Source of the DNA: Nageia nagi
Taxonomy: Eukaryota > Plantae > Pinophyta
Assembly: GCA_050084985.1 (NCBI GenBank)
Contig: JBITNC010000001.1
Span: 43,524,001 to 43,588,000, forward strand
Length of the DNA stretch: 64,000 nucleotides
Direction of reading: 5' to 3'
The notes under the pieces were generated by a model that was not told where the DNA came from, searched no databases, and saw only the letters and a program-made list of their open reading frames with translations. The position numbers and the translations under genes are program-made. Every line of letters starts with the position of its first letter. Positions within the stretch are counted from its first letter, which is position 1. Shown piece by piece: positions 1-12,508 of this stretch.

Positions 1-1409
1 ATTCGAACATCTTTATGATTTTTTTGGAATATCACTCTTCATAGCGGTTTTTTCGACCTAGAAAATAACACAATTTCTGTCAATCCAGCAATAATTGGGG
101 CCTTCAACTGGCTTGCAATTTGCGTAAGTAGTTGGTTACGAAGCACAACAGTAAAACTCAGTCTAGTATAACCCTGTATTATTAAATTCTGTATCTTCGT
201 TGTAGGGAATTGGATCACCATAACCTTGTGGGAATAGAGACTTTTTAGGGATAAAACTTCTAGTATAGAATATGAACTGAGAAATATTCTTACAAAGGTG
301 ACATAGTAAGAATAGTATTTTGTAATTTCAATTGCTGATGTGTTTAATTTCATTATAGTTTCTCCCATTTTGTCTGCAACATTTGTTTGGTTTGTCTTGG
401 ATAAGGGAAATGAATAGGTGCAGGCTACGTGATAGTTGAATAAGAACTATATCTACGAAGATCATAAGAATTGGTCTTGGTGGGGCAGAGTTTTATATTG
501 TGTGCGAAGCAGATTGTGGTGTGCACAGATTTGTGACAATTGTATTATGAATACACATTGAGTCTTCTATATTTTAACTACAGTCAGCAAGATAACGCTG
601 TTTGGTCATATGCATGTTTTATCATACATACATGAATAAAATACATAGATTTGAGTCATCTTAATAGAATGCACAAGCCTGCAAAAGAGCTTGTATGGAA
701 GAAAATTTTTCAGGGCTTTATAATGAGTGAAACCCATCTGAAAAGATCAAGAAGACATTTTAAAGAAAATTATATGTGCTCATTTTATCTTGTAGAGAAG
801 AAAAAGTAGGGAGCACATCCAAATTCAAAACAGTGTATGGCATTATGTATTTGAAGCATGAAAAAATGGTATTTACCTAGTATGTACTATTGAAGGAGAC
901 ATACTTTCCACTCTTAGGTCTCTTTGTCAGATATTTGATATTTCTCTTTGAATAGTTAAGTTGGTGTAAGCTATGATTTGGCAAACTACTTGGTGAACTA
1001 AATAATAGCAAATATAAGCACCGAGATGTCCATCATAATGGAAGGAATTCCAAATATGTGAGGTTTGATATTTTGACAAATTGTTCCTCGCTCATCAACC
1101 CATAGATCAGGCAATATTGTAGGTTTGTAATTTATTTGAAAAGATTAAACGTTTCCATCTCAGAAAACCCATAATTTTTGTAATCTTTATGCTTGACTGG
1201 AGAGTTATGTGCCATTTGTTAATGTATATTTTTACTTTCCTCTTCTCTGTGAGGGAATCCTTTTTATTTTAATTTAGTTTTGACCATTTGTGTCATATTT
1301 GTAAGTGCCTAGAATCATGTAAGCTTGTTCATGAATAAGATATCCTTATTTTTCTCTGTATACTTTACTTACTGTGAGTTATAATTTTTGCTTTCCCTTC
1401 ACACTTGTG

Positions 1410-1540
1410 AAGTGAGAAAGTCCAACTTCTTGCCTCACCAACACTTCATGTCACTACCTAGAGCTGGTGTTGGCACAAGTGAGAAAGTCCAACTTCTTGC
1501 CTCACCAACACTTCATGTCGCTACCTAGAGCTGGTGTTGG
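1410..1540. repeat. 67-bp-period tandem duplication in intron
   Basis: aagtgagaaagtccaacttcttgcctcaccaacacttcatgtc(a/g)ctacctagagctggtgttgg at 1410-1473 and 1477-1540, one mismatch. Confidence 0.95.
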
Positions 1541-1969
1541 TGGTAGCACAACTGATAGTGAAGATGATAATTTTCTGAAGCATAACAATATAATTTTACC
1601 AGTGGCTATTTCCATGTCTCTTCGATGAAGAGCCTTGAATTAATGATAGAGTTGACATGGTACATTAATATAACATGACTGAATGAGCTTGGCCATGTGT
1701 CTTCTGTTTGCTGCTTCCATTGCTTTGCAACTACCATACTTTGCATTGCATTGTTGGCTTTTCCCTTTCCCTGTCTATGTATTGGAACATAAAATCCATG
1801 GTGTTCTACTTCTCATGTTGTTTTAAATCATTATGCGATCATCTCTGCTAGAATGCACTCAGTTCATACCTGGTCATCAATACAATCTGTTTGTCTTTAA
1901 ATAATGAATGCAGTATACTTTTAAGTCACACTACACTTCCAAGAAAATCCGAACCAGCATACTTCAGTC

Positions 1970-2220
1970 AGAAGGATTTTGCTGGATGTAATATAAATTC
2001 ATAGACGTGTATTGGTTTAAAAAAACATCATCTCAACAGTTTTGCTTGAAATGATTAAAACCAGAATTATCTTTTGTCTGGTAATATTTCCTTGCCTTAC
2101 TTATGCTAGAGGAAGGTTTTGCAGGATGCGAGATAATTTTTTTGATGTGTATTGGTTAAGAAAAACTATTTTTAAAGTATAGCTTGATATTATGAAGCCA
2201 AAATTATTTTTTTCCTGGGG
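1970..2220. repeat. Diverged ~140-bp tandem duplication in intron
   Basis: gaaggattttgctggatg...gtgtattggtt..aaaaac...gcttga...ccagaattat recurs as ggaaggttttgcaggatg...gtgtattggttaagaaaaac...gcttga...ccaaaattat. Confidence 0.7.
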
Positions 2221-3018
2221 AGTTTGATATTGCTTGTATTCCTTGTATGTAGTTTTCTAAACTTCAAAGTAAACAAAACCTTAATTTCAAGGTACCGTAT
2301 ATTTAAAAGTTCTTAAATCCATGCCTAATCTTTTAAATAGTGATTTTTTTCAAATAATAATGAATTTAAAACAATGAAATCTCAAAAATTTGAAAATTCC
2401 AAGAATTTTTACTAGTATTATGCTTGCTGTGCCATTCTTGGAGTGTTCCCAAAAATGACCTCCCCTGTTCTTGTATACACGTGCATGGCCTTGTGGAACC
2501 TTGCTTTTTTTGGTGACATTTAAAAGTACTAGTTGATATCTTGGAAATTTTATAAATTTATACAAAGAGGTTGTTGGTTATCAAAGAAAAAACATTCGTA
2601 GAAAAGGAGGAAAACCTTTATTTGCAGTTGCCAAATACTTTTGGGAAAAATGCAGAAATAACTATTTTGTGTGGATTAGCAAGTAGGATTGCTCATGGCC
2701 CTATATTATAGGTTTACAAATAGAAATCATCCTATAAGACTGAATATCATCACTGTTTCCGGTTGCTTGATGTGCTTACCTTCTTTTCAGGGCAAATTGA
2801 AATTCTTAAAATTGATTTTTTTTTGGATTTGGAACCAATCTTGATTTTTATAGAAAAAAGAAACCAATAAAGAGATACCGGTAACAAAAACCCTTTGGCC
2901 ATAACTCTGGAAAAAACTATGAATTTCTCACACAATTGTCCTATGGGACAATACCAATATGTTTTCTGATATCTCCATTGCTACATATTTCTAACGCATT
3001 CCTACCCTACTTTTTCAG

Positions 3019-3300
3019 GTTACAGAGAGTGGAAAGCAGGAGCGTCATCTTGTTGCCAGTGTTGGCAACTTCTCTGTCATCTGGAATTTCAAACAAGTTA
3101 AAAATAGCAACCATGGATGTTACATTGCAAAGGAAGGGCTCAAGAGCTGTTATTGCTACAAGGTTGTTCCGAAAGATGAATCCATTGTGGCTAGCAGATT
3201 CATGCATGATAAATTTGCTATTACAAGTTCTCCAGAGGCACCACTTGTGGTCGCAACACCAATGAAAGTGAGCTCTTTTAGCATAGCACCTGGACAATAA
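3019..3300 (+). CDS. CYPRO4: Terminal coding exon of a CYPRO4 / DEM (defective embryo and meristems) / VID27-like protein
   Basis: After the AG acceptor the exon reads [93 protein letters not shown] (93 aa + TAA at 3298-3300). This matches the conserved C-terminus of plant CYPRO4/DEM proteins ([24 protein letters not shown]...CY.YK.V..ESIV.SRFM...F....[16 protein letters not shown]). Open frame, no lesions. Confidence 0.92.
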   Translation, partial: VTESGKQERHLVASVGNFSVIWNFKQVKNSNHGCYIAKEGLKSCYCYKVVPKDESIVASRFMHDKFAITSSPEAPLVVATPMKVSSFSIAPGQ

Positions 3301-5385
3301 CATTGTCAAGATCATTTTCTGAACATTTGAATACTGTAAGAAAAAGGCTCTGATTTCGTATTGATACTCCCTTTTCTGAGAAGTCCACCCCCAAGTAGTG
3401 TTTTGCCCTCGAGGGGATTTCTTGATTGTTGTAACATTATATAAATGTTGACTTCTTATGAAATCTCGTTTATACTGTTATTGTGAATTGGCATAACACC
3501 CACTAAAATTATATTTACTTTTCTTTGCCAAGGGTGTTCTTGTATAAGGGGAGGGAAAATTAAGTTGGTGGTGTTTTTCATTACATTCAGTAATGATAAA
3601 ACAGTAGAGCTTCTTTTTGCTGCTGTAATTATGTATGTCGAGTAATTACGGTTGACATACCTTCATTTTCTGTTGTGTGACATGGAATCTATTGTCTATC
3701 CTACCTTGGTTTAGTGGATGGACTTATTTTTATGCGGATGAAAATGGCTGTCATGAACAATTCTCTATCCTTTCAATCATATATATTTGCAGTGTACTTA
3801 CGTTAATGGAGCCTATAAAAGAAGACTTCGTACTTTTTTCTTAGCTAATGAAGAGATGTTTTGTATTGTCTGTTCTTTTGATATTTAGGAAAAAAAAGGT
3901 TGTATTGTCTCTCCTTTTATCACTCATTGTTAGGACTGGAAATGTATACTTTTATCCTGGATGTTGAAGATTCTCAAGTTCATAAAACGTAGGACAGATA
4001 CACTTTAGTATCATAACTCGAAAAAATTGTTTGATGAAATGATTCACAATTAATTTGATAGGAGTTAATATTTCTCTCCTATTGGTTAGGATTATTTTCA
4101 AATATATGCTGTCCAAATTTGGTAGATGGGTATGATAGAGCAGGGAGATCTAATGGTGAGTTTCCAAAATGTCTAAATATATCTTACTTAGACACTTCAA
4201 ATCTAAGCTAATTTCACTGTTCCTCTATTGTAGTGGTATGAAATCTTAGTTATGCACTCAACGTTCTTAGTTGTGCCATTATACTTGTTTTTAGTTATTA
4301 ATCAAAATCAATATTAAAATTATAAAATGTAGATACATAAAATGTAATTTTTATTAAATTTCAATTGTTTAATTTAATTAATGTCAAGAGGTATTCTTAT
4401 AGCTGCAATAGAAGGTGAAGTAGAGAGTCAAAATATTGCATGTAAGTTTGTTCGTTAAATATTGTTTTCAATATTAAAAAAAATGAATGAACTTTATTAT
4501 TTTAAAAAATAGTCTATTTCAAAAATATAATTTAAAAGTTATATAAAATATCTATTAAATATAATAAATTACACTTCGAATAATATATCTGAACGTTTTT
4601 ATGATATATAAGAGGATATATCAAAACTAATTTAATTTTTTTGAAAGAAGTCGAAACTTTTTACAATGATTCTATTAAATATTCAATATAATTTAAAACA
4701 ACTAATAGAAAATATAAAAATACAATCAAAAGAATCAAGATCTAATACAAACGATCTTTTAAACAAAGACATTATTTGAATCCAAAGAGGATTTATTTAA
4801 GATCCACCACATCTTAGAGATCATCTTACATCTATTCCTTCTTCACGATTGCGGATTCCTCATGCCCTACTCAATAGCGAATCAATGGGGATGGTGTTCG
4901 AATAGAACGGTACCAAATACTCCATTCAATAGTACGAGGGAGGTCATTCATCAAACACGCTACCGGATTCTCTATTCAATAGTATGAGGGAGGTCATTCA
5001 TGTTCGAATGGAATCGATTGAGCTAAGCATCGATTAAACTAAGATCTGCCAAATCTCAAATAAAGGAGCCCAACCAAAAGCACTCCAATTTGAGCCAAAT
5101 CAAAAGCACTCCAAAATTAAGGCGGGAGACATTGAGAAAAATAAAAAAACAGACATAAAAAACAAAAAGGTCAGAGATGGTCTTCGAAGATTGTCTTGGA
5201 AATGGTCTTTGGAGATTGTCTCGAAAATAATCTTTGGAGATCATCTTTGAAGAGATCTCTACTTCCTTTCAATTGTCCAACAGTTTGAATTTGAAACTCT
5301 CTCAAGGTTTCTAGAGGGAAAGTATAGGATTTGAAATGTTAGAACTCTAAGTCCATTTCAGTGTCCTTTCAATCACAGTGTACAT

Positions 5386-5780
5386 CTTGTCCTTCAACCT
5401 TTAAGTTGCTTGGACAATGTATCTCATTGTATTAATGTCTATCACATAAAAAATGACATTACGTTAATTGCTTAACATCTTGTACTATGTTACTCCAACA
5501 CCTCATGCCTCGTGTTGAGTTAAAGATAAATCTTCTATTACAATCTCATGCTAAAGTTTGATCTCGTCCTTTAACCTTTAATTTGCTAGAACAATGTATC
5601 TTATTGTAGCAATGCTTATCACATCAAAAATGACACTATGCTAGTTGTTTAACACTCTACAATGCTCATCACATCAAAAATGACACTACACTAATTGTTT
5701 AACACTCTACAAACGTATTACTCCAACACCTTATATTAAATTAAAGATAAATTTTCTATTACAATCTCATATTAAACTTT
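5386..5780. repeat. ~180-bp tandem duplication whose second copy has an internal 50-bp duplication
   Basis: gtcctt(c/t)aaccttta...acaatgtatct...atcacat.aaaaatgaca...tactccaacacct...taaagataaat.ttctattacaatctcat occurs twice. aatgct.atcacatcaaaaatgacacta..cta.ttgtttaacactctac is doubled in copy 2 (5611-5710). Confidence 0.85.
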
Positions 5781-6949
5781 AAAGATCTCATTCATAACAT
5801 CCCAAAACAAATTGCAAAATCACGAAATATGTTACTTCTTTCTAAGATTTATATAAAATTTGAATCTTTAAAACTTCAAAAACAAATTTCCTCTTCATCA
5901 TCCTTCCCTTGAGACCTCTAAACCTTCATGTCAATGGACAAGAGACGAAGCTCTACAACACCCCAACGGAACCTCACAACAACATCCTTCTGACAGCCTC
6001 GCAAACATCTCAACCTCTGTCAACAAATCAAATCTCGTGTCATTCGAGTCCATCTTCAACGATACCCTTGCGATGACGTCCTTTCATTCCCTCACAATCC
6101 ATCCTTGCTGAAAGTTTAGTAAACACTGCCCGCGCTCTACATAGAACCTTTAATTTAATTAATATGTTTTATTATTTAGTATTTTAATATAAATATTATT
6201 AATTTTTTAAATTAAATTTAAATATTTGATTAATAGATTGATTTTTTTTGAAAAAGATTAATAATTTTGATTTATTTTTAAAAAGATTGTAAAAGTATTT
6301 TATAGGTAAACATGATTTTTTTAATTTAATTTATTAAAATATGTGTATCTTAAAGTAAGTGCTTATCTTGTGTAATTTGTTCATATATTCTTGCCTTAGG
6401 TTTGTAAGGCGTGCAATTAATCATTTGCAACGTTGAATGGATTACTACAATAATTATTCAAATTTTGAATGTATTGTTATAATAATATTAAACTTAACTA
6501 AAATATTAATGAATAATAAACATTAAAAAATTGTTACATTTTTATATATTATAATATTTTAAAAGAGTTACATATTATATTTAGATTTTATCTTGCATCA
6601 AATCTTAAAATGATTAGTATGTTAGATTTGTTTGATAGTTTAATTTTGAAATTTGATTTTAATATTTGTATGTAATAAAAAATGTTCAATGGGATTGTAA
6701 AAAAAATACATAAAATAAAGATCAAGGGGTGTTTAATGCAATTTTGATGTGTAAAGATAAATAGTAAAAAAGTTCTTAAAATATGATAAATCTATGTGAG
6801 GCAGAAAGCTTACTTATGAAGAATCAAGGGTTCTATCAATATTTGAGGTTGAAAAGAAGCTTTTGATGTGACAACCAGAGGAAGTAGCCCTAGTGGTTTT
6901 ATTAGTAATGCATCGTTGGGTAACCCTTCTCGAGTCTCTAGTGTTCATG

Positions 6950-8333
6950 TGACGTTTCCAATTTGTAGCATCCTGTAGTTAAAAATAGGTTGTGATAAGT
7001 TTGATACTCATGCTATGGGATCTATCAACGATCATTTTTTGTTTAAAGTGGGTGGCTTCTTTGGTATAGAGTGCAACACATTTTTGGTCTCCATAATTCA
7101 TCCATGATTTTAAAGTGTGGGTGCCTTTGAATAAGCAATGGGTGCCTTTGAATAAGCAATGGAACTAACTTTGAATTTCATAGTAGATGGGAAATATGAA
7201 TATGAAATGTTCTTCAATCTTAGGTTCCATGTTGCATAGTTCACATATGCATTGGTCTCTAGGGATATGGTGGTCTATCTCAATACGGAGTTGGTGTGAG
7301 CAAACCTTTATCTGGTCAGGGGGAAACAAATACCATGAGATATTTGTAGCTTGATGTAATTAGGGATGACAATAGCACCATTCTCTAATATTATGTAAAC
7401 TTAAAGATAATGTAAAAGCTTTGGTGAGAGTGGTTTTTCTGATTCAATTCATTTTCTTTTTAGGTAGACTGAGTAGATTTGTTTCCTTATTCTTTTGTTA
7501 ATATCTCTATTAGAAGGATTAGAGTTCTTGTTTGGGAGTTGAGGGGGAGGTAGTTGCTCGATACATAGGCTTATGGATAATAGGAGAGAGGTGTCTTTTG
7601 AATACAACCACCAACAAATGCCTTTACTTGCAACTTGTGTTGAGGATTTTAGTGCTAAGAAGGGTATCTCTTTGAGTTCGAAGCAACTAAAATCATGTGA
7701 TGGATCCTATTCAGAAGAATGACAACATGGAATGCTGCAAGAGCCAACATGGGGTATGTATCAAATTTAGCCAAGATGATGGAATGAGGGACAATTCGAT
7801 TGGCCTAAATAGATCTTGAGAGCATATTGATCAAAACCCTCTTGACATAGGTCTAACTGGAGTATCTCAAGTTAGGTACCCAAACTTCACATCCATAAAG
7901 TAGGGTCAAAGAGAAAAGAGTATGGAAGACTTTAATTTTTACCATGACATCTTGGAATTGGAGTTGAAAACATTATCTCTTAAGAGTGACAACTACAACA
8001 TAGCCTTTGTTCAATATGTTATGGGAGGTTGGAATTAAGCTGAAAGTAGGATGTGTGAAGAGTACATCTATATAGGTATAAGAAGTAGCTACCTCAAATA
8101 GGTTGGCCTTGGAATGTCAAGTGGGTTTTAAAAGCATATGCTTTTGGAATATTGAAGAATATCACCTTTGTATTTTTTAGATTAACCTTAAGACCATGAT
8201 ATTATGGAAGGTACTCAAAGTGTCAATATGACATTGAAGGCCAACTATTATATGATACAACAAAATGCCATTATTTACAAAGATAAAAAATTAAGACAGT
8301 GAAATCATGCAAGAAACATCTAACTCTTGGGAA
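6950..8333 (-). mobile_element. Degenerate RTE/RTE-X-like LINE, 3' half of RT ORF
   Basis: Minus-strand translation, with stops and frameshifts: CFLHD..LI..(FADD-equivalent)..GLQCHIDTL..GLKVNLKNTKVIFFN..SYTYIDVLF..KGY..FQD..K..F..LLYGCEVW..VPHSIILA..CSHQLRIE..IPRDQCICELCNMEPKIEEHFIF..PIYYEI..FHCLF..DQKCVALY. This is the RT thumb plus C-terminal Cys/His region typical of RTE-X-like LINEs. It contains a 21-bp tandem duplication at 7119-7162. Confidence 0.85.
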
Positions 8334-10270
8334 TGTATTCTTTTAGAATTACACTCTTGATACAAGGTGAATTTTTGGTATTCTTTATTCTTTCATTCAT
8401 TTCAATAAATCTTTCCTAATTCCTGCTTCCTTTACCCCTTTCTACATGTATTTAACCTTTTTGTCAAAATTGAGTCAAGTGTAAAGAGTTCTGGGTGTTG
8501 TCAATGTCTGGGTATTGTTTATATATATCTTAGTCTTAAACCTTTTTGTTTCAAGCTCTAACCGCTATCTAGCGAATGTTGTAATAAGTCCCAATGATAA
8601 GCCTTGGTCAGTTTAGCTGTTCCTATGATAACTGTGTATATAAAGAGAGTCATAGGTTGTGAAAATATGGTTTAAGTCATGTTCGAGAACCAATATACTA
8701 TGTCTAGATAATATTGTAATATGTAAGGGAAGTCAATGTCTAAGTAAAAGTTTAGGATTTATTGTAAATAAACATTCGGGTATAGTTTAGATCTTTAGCA
8801 GGTGATGTCATAGAGCCCACTAATTTTCTCAAGGAAGTTTTGATCGAGCACTAAAAATTTGTGAGAAGTATTGCAAGGAGATATAATAGAATCTGTTGAT
8901 TTTGAATGATGATATAATCATTTTTATATAAAATTAGTGGGTCCCAAGATAATCAATAATGGGAACTACTTCATTTAGTGGGAGATACTTCATGAAGACA
9001 CCTAAACAAAGCCCATCGATTTTGAATGGTGATATTACAATTTTTTGCCAAAATTAATGGGTCCTAAGATAACATTCAATGGGAAGTACCACATTCAGTG
9101 GGAGATATTTCATAAAGGCAACTAAATAGAACTCGTTGATTTTGAATGATGATGTCACACCTTTTACCTAAAATCAGCTGGTGTTAAATAAATCTTGACC
9201 ATCACTAGAGCCCATTAAAAAAAGATAGAACCAACAAGATAGAAGGAGAAATAATGGGTACGAAGGAACACCCGAGTCCACTTGATCATGAGTGTTTGAC
9301 ACTCGGGGCTCAATTAATGTGTTGACTATGACTTCTTTCCACATAACAGTAATAGTTCCTCCTAGGTCTTCAATGATACACTATTCATTACCCTCACTAT
9401 TCAATGCAACCAAGAGTTACAATGCTCATCATTTATTGTTGCAGAGAAGTAGGTCATTATTGACATAATACAATGCTTGATCATACCAATCAATCAAAAG
9501 ATAATACATCCTCAATCAACTACAAACTTAGGAGAATGTAGTCAATGACAAACAAGGAGGATTACAACTCAACAAGTACAATGGCTCAAAAATTTTGAAT
9601 TCCCAGACTTCAACATTGATTATACTTGTTCATTGTGTAATGTAACACAATTGTAATCATAATTATATATCTATAAATAGTTCCATTTATAATTTTTAAC
9701 CAATAAGAGTAGTTATGAGTATTAATGATGAACAACCACCCAATTGGGGAGAAAAATGTATAAATAGTGGACTGTTGTAAGTCCCAAAGGTCATACATTC
9801 TAGCAAATTTGTCCAAGTTTGTAAGATGCTTTTGTATATGATAATACAAGTTGATGATGCTTTTCCCTTTGCAATAAGTGGTTGTCTGTTACACTTTGTT
9901 AATGTTATGTATGAGATGATATCTTAATTTATGGCTATGTATTGTGATTGCGAGATCCTAAGGGTAAGATAGTTTCCTATTCTTAATCTTGGCTATGGAT
10001 TGCAACCAGTGCTGCAATGCCCGTGCTATTTAGTTTAGTTATATTTTAGTTTAATATGTTCATCTCTTTCCTATTACTCAGCATTTTATTCCTTTATTAT
10101 TCCTTTCAACCTTTATAATAGATAGGAATCGACCTATAATTTAGAGATTGAGCAGAAAACCAACATGACTGCATCCCCACCATCTTTTGCTCTCTCAAGG
10201 ACCTTACTATTATGGGAAATGGAAAACTCAACCAGGCCAAACCTTTGAGGTTACATTATATCAATCAATA
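8334..10270 (+). repeat. Element A 5' LTR
   Basis: Starts TGtattcttttagaatt and is colinear with 39141-41076 up to ttacattata....at.aata. Contains ~2.4 copies of a 120-bp unit (gattttgaatg at 8898, 9018, 9138). Confidence 0.92.
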
Positions 10271-10287
10271 GTAGAAAAGTCCATTTT

Positions 10288-10305
10288 TGGCATGCCTAAT
10301 GGGAT
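10288..10305 (+). promoter_or_regulatory. Primer binding site of element A (tRNA-Arg type)
   Basis: tggcatgcctaatgggat is a deaminated form of TGGCACGCCCAGTGGGAC, a PBS typical of Tat/Ogre elements. Confidence 0.75.
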
Positions 10306-10620
10306 GCAAGCTAAATTCCATATTTATCAAGTGTAAATAGATCAAATAGCTATGTTTAGTAAGATATCAATTAGATCCTTCAAATATTATAAGGTTTTTA
10401 TCACCTTATTGGTGAATCTATTATCAACCAATCAATATTTTGAACCCTAGCACATTCAAAATGTAGACTTACTAGAAGTAGTACTAGACACTCCCTTAGA
10501 TAGCCTAGATTTCAAGAGTTGTCAGTTCCTCATAGGAGGACTAGGTAAAATATTTCCTAGATTATATCCCCTAAAATTCCCTTAAGGGCTATCCCATTAT
10601 TAGTTGTATTTGATTCTACC

Positions 10621-10969
10621 TTGAAAAATCCTTCACCTAATTCAACTACTCTAAGCATGGCTCAACCTACTAATTTGCTTGCTTGGAATAATGGCCATCC
10701 TTTGGTAGTTGCTGCTAGTTCACCAGCTATTCCTCAAGCAACTTTCAAAGTTTTTCCCAAATATTATGGAGTTGGTAAAACACCATATGAACATTGTCAA
10801 GATGTGTCTCTACTGGCTTCAAGCTTTGATATCATTGATGAAACAATGATGATTAGACTATTATCACACTCTTTTGAAGGTAAAGTAGTTGAATGGTTCA
10901 AAACTCTTATCCCTTAGTCTATAAATACATGGGGAGAGTTATGTTAGGCTTAATCAAAAGATTTGCTGC
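10621..10969 (+). pseudogene. Element A gag, N-terminal part (interrupted by B)
   Basis: FPKYYGVGKTPYEH...MMIRLLSHSFEGKVVEWFKTLIP*SINTWGEL matches the retrotransposon gag capsid motif. It is cut at 10969 by the LTR of B. Confidence 0.85.
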
Positions 10970-11918
10970 TATAGACACCTAAAAATGAGCCTTGTTTGAA
11001 AGTCAAACAATGCAAATTAAAAAATATAAAAATCTAATTTAACCAAAATGCCAACAATCATGTTAGAATCATCGAAAATTGGATCTAATCGCTAATGCTC
11101 AATCAAGGTCACCAACAAATTTGTAGTAAGAAAACCTAAAAAAAGAAAATGAACTATGAAGCTCATCTTTTCAGTGTAGCCCTGGATAAAGATGAGAGCT
11201 GTCAATCCTGATAAGGATTGATGAGTCCTTATCATAATATTTTGGGTTGCAGATAGGATTAGACTCATTCATTCTCAAGAATGGATGAGATTTGACCCTT
11301 AACTATTAGCAAACCTAAACACTAACTTAGGAGACCAAAACATCTATAAATACAATATACATTATAAACTAACTAGACCTTGACTTGGAAGTAACATTAT
11401 GCTATTGGAATGCTTATTGAATTATGTGTTGTAAGCTTACATTACTTTAGTAAGTTATGCATACTTATATTATTTGTTAATGTTTGATTATTATCAAGTG
11501 TAGGTATGTTTTATGTGTGTGTTTCTTGGCATGTGTGCAGGGTTCGTAGTTGGTGAGGAGTAATAGTGCATTAGAACAATAAAATAAAAGCTCAAGCCAT
11601 TAGATTTGAAGTTATTCACCCAATAAAAAGACATCAAAATACAACATATAGCCCAAGTTGTAGAAACATTGACATTTGTAGATGGATGCTAGTGATTCAT
11701 CTAGATTGCTAGTGATCAATAGAGATCATTGGTGATTCCCTTATTTGTTTAACAAAAAGATAGACACATTACACATTGTACTAAAAGTCCTTTCTTAAGG
11801 TAGTGAATAAGAATCCATCAATTGTGACAAATCTAAGGTCTTTCAAAAAATTAATAGAATTAATATTGGTATAAATATTGTTCATTTGTTTTCATATAGG
11901 TTGGTTTTATGGCTAACA
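10970..11918 (+). repeat. Element B 5' LTR
   Basis: tatagacacctaaaaatgag...ggctaaCA. Colinear with 29197-29968 and followed by the PBS. Confidence 0.9.
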
Positions 11919-11921
11919 TTT

Positions 11922-11938
11922 TGGTGCTAGAAGGAGGG
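11922..11938 (+). promoter_or_regulatory. Primer binding site of element B
   Basis: tggtgctagaaggaggg (deaminated TGGCGCTAGAAGGAGGG), 3 nt after the LTR-terminal CA. Confidence 0.75.
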
Positions 11939-12508
11939 ACCTACAACAAGAACTATATTAATACGAAAGGCATTTATTCTTTTTAGTTTGCTATTGTCCT
12001 TACTGGTTAATTTTATCACTAACTTCAAGTTTCATTATTTTGTTTTGTTGTGAAAGTAGGAAATTGCATAATCACCAATGACCTTCAATTAGGTGCCAAA
12101 GATCTATTTGGAATTGCCAGTAATCATCACCAAATGCTAGCAATCATCAAAGACATTCTAGTTTCCAATTCTAGTGAATTTATGCATAGCTTAGGCATTA
12201 AGTAATATTGGAAATGAACCTTTGTATGTGATTCCTATGTTTAAAGTTCATGTATCCATGGGTGGGAAAAAGTTGAAACTTCATTTATGTCTTCATATAA
12301 TGTGCATCATACGTAAGTTTCATATGATTATTTTTTGGGTTAGGATCATCTAGCTTAGCTCACATTTAAATACTTGATTAGATATTTCACTTATGCTCTC
12401 CCTTTACATTGCAAAGCAATCTTAGGTGATCAGAATGGAATAATTAAGAGGGAATTAATGAACTTATTATTTTCTTTTCACACTTAATTTGGTCAATGAA
12501 TTATCACA

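Larger units (their letters stand above)
1..3018 (+). other. 3' part of a long intron of the CYPRO4/DEM-like gene
   Basis: Ends in a pyrimidine tract plus AG (cctaccctactttttcAG, 3017-3018) directly before the coding exon. I found no exon encoding the expected preceding residues (...QFSW) in 1-3018, so the donor probably lies upstream of the window. Confidence 0.7.

Noticed and set aside
39-368. 109-aa minus-strand ORF
   Set aside because: No recognisable motif, and it lies antisense in an intron; probably chance.
2936-3315. ORF-track ORFs 2936..3265 (+) and 3007..3315 (-)
   Set aside because: Shadow frames of the real CYPRO4/DEM exon at 3019-3300.
7040-7360. Plus-strand LINE ORF1-like reading
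   Set aside because: The minus strand gives a much better match to the LINE C-terminal Cys/His region.
11218-11270. ttgatgagtcc...ggattagactcat resembling a hammerhead ribozyme core in the B LTR
   Set aside because: No GAAA after the stem and no stem III/NUH site in either LTR copy; a plain hairpin explains it.
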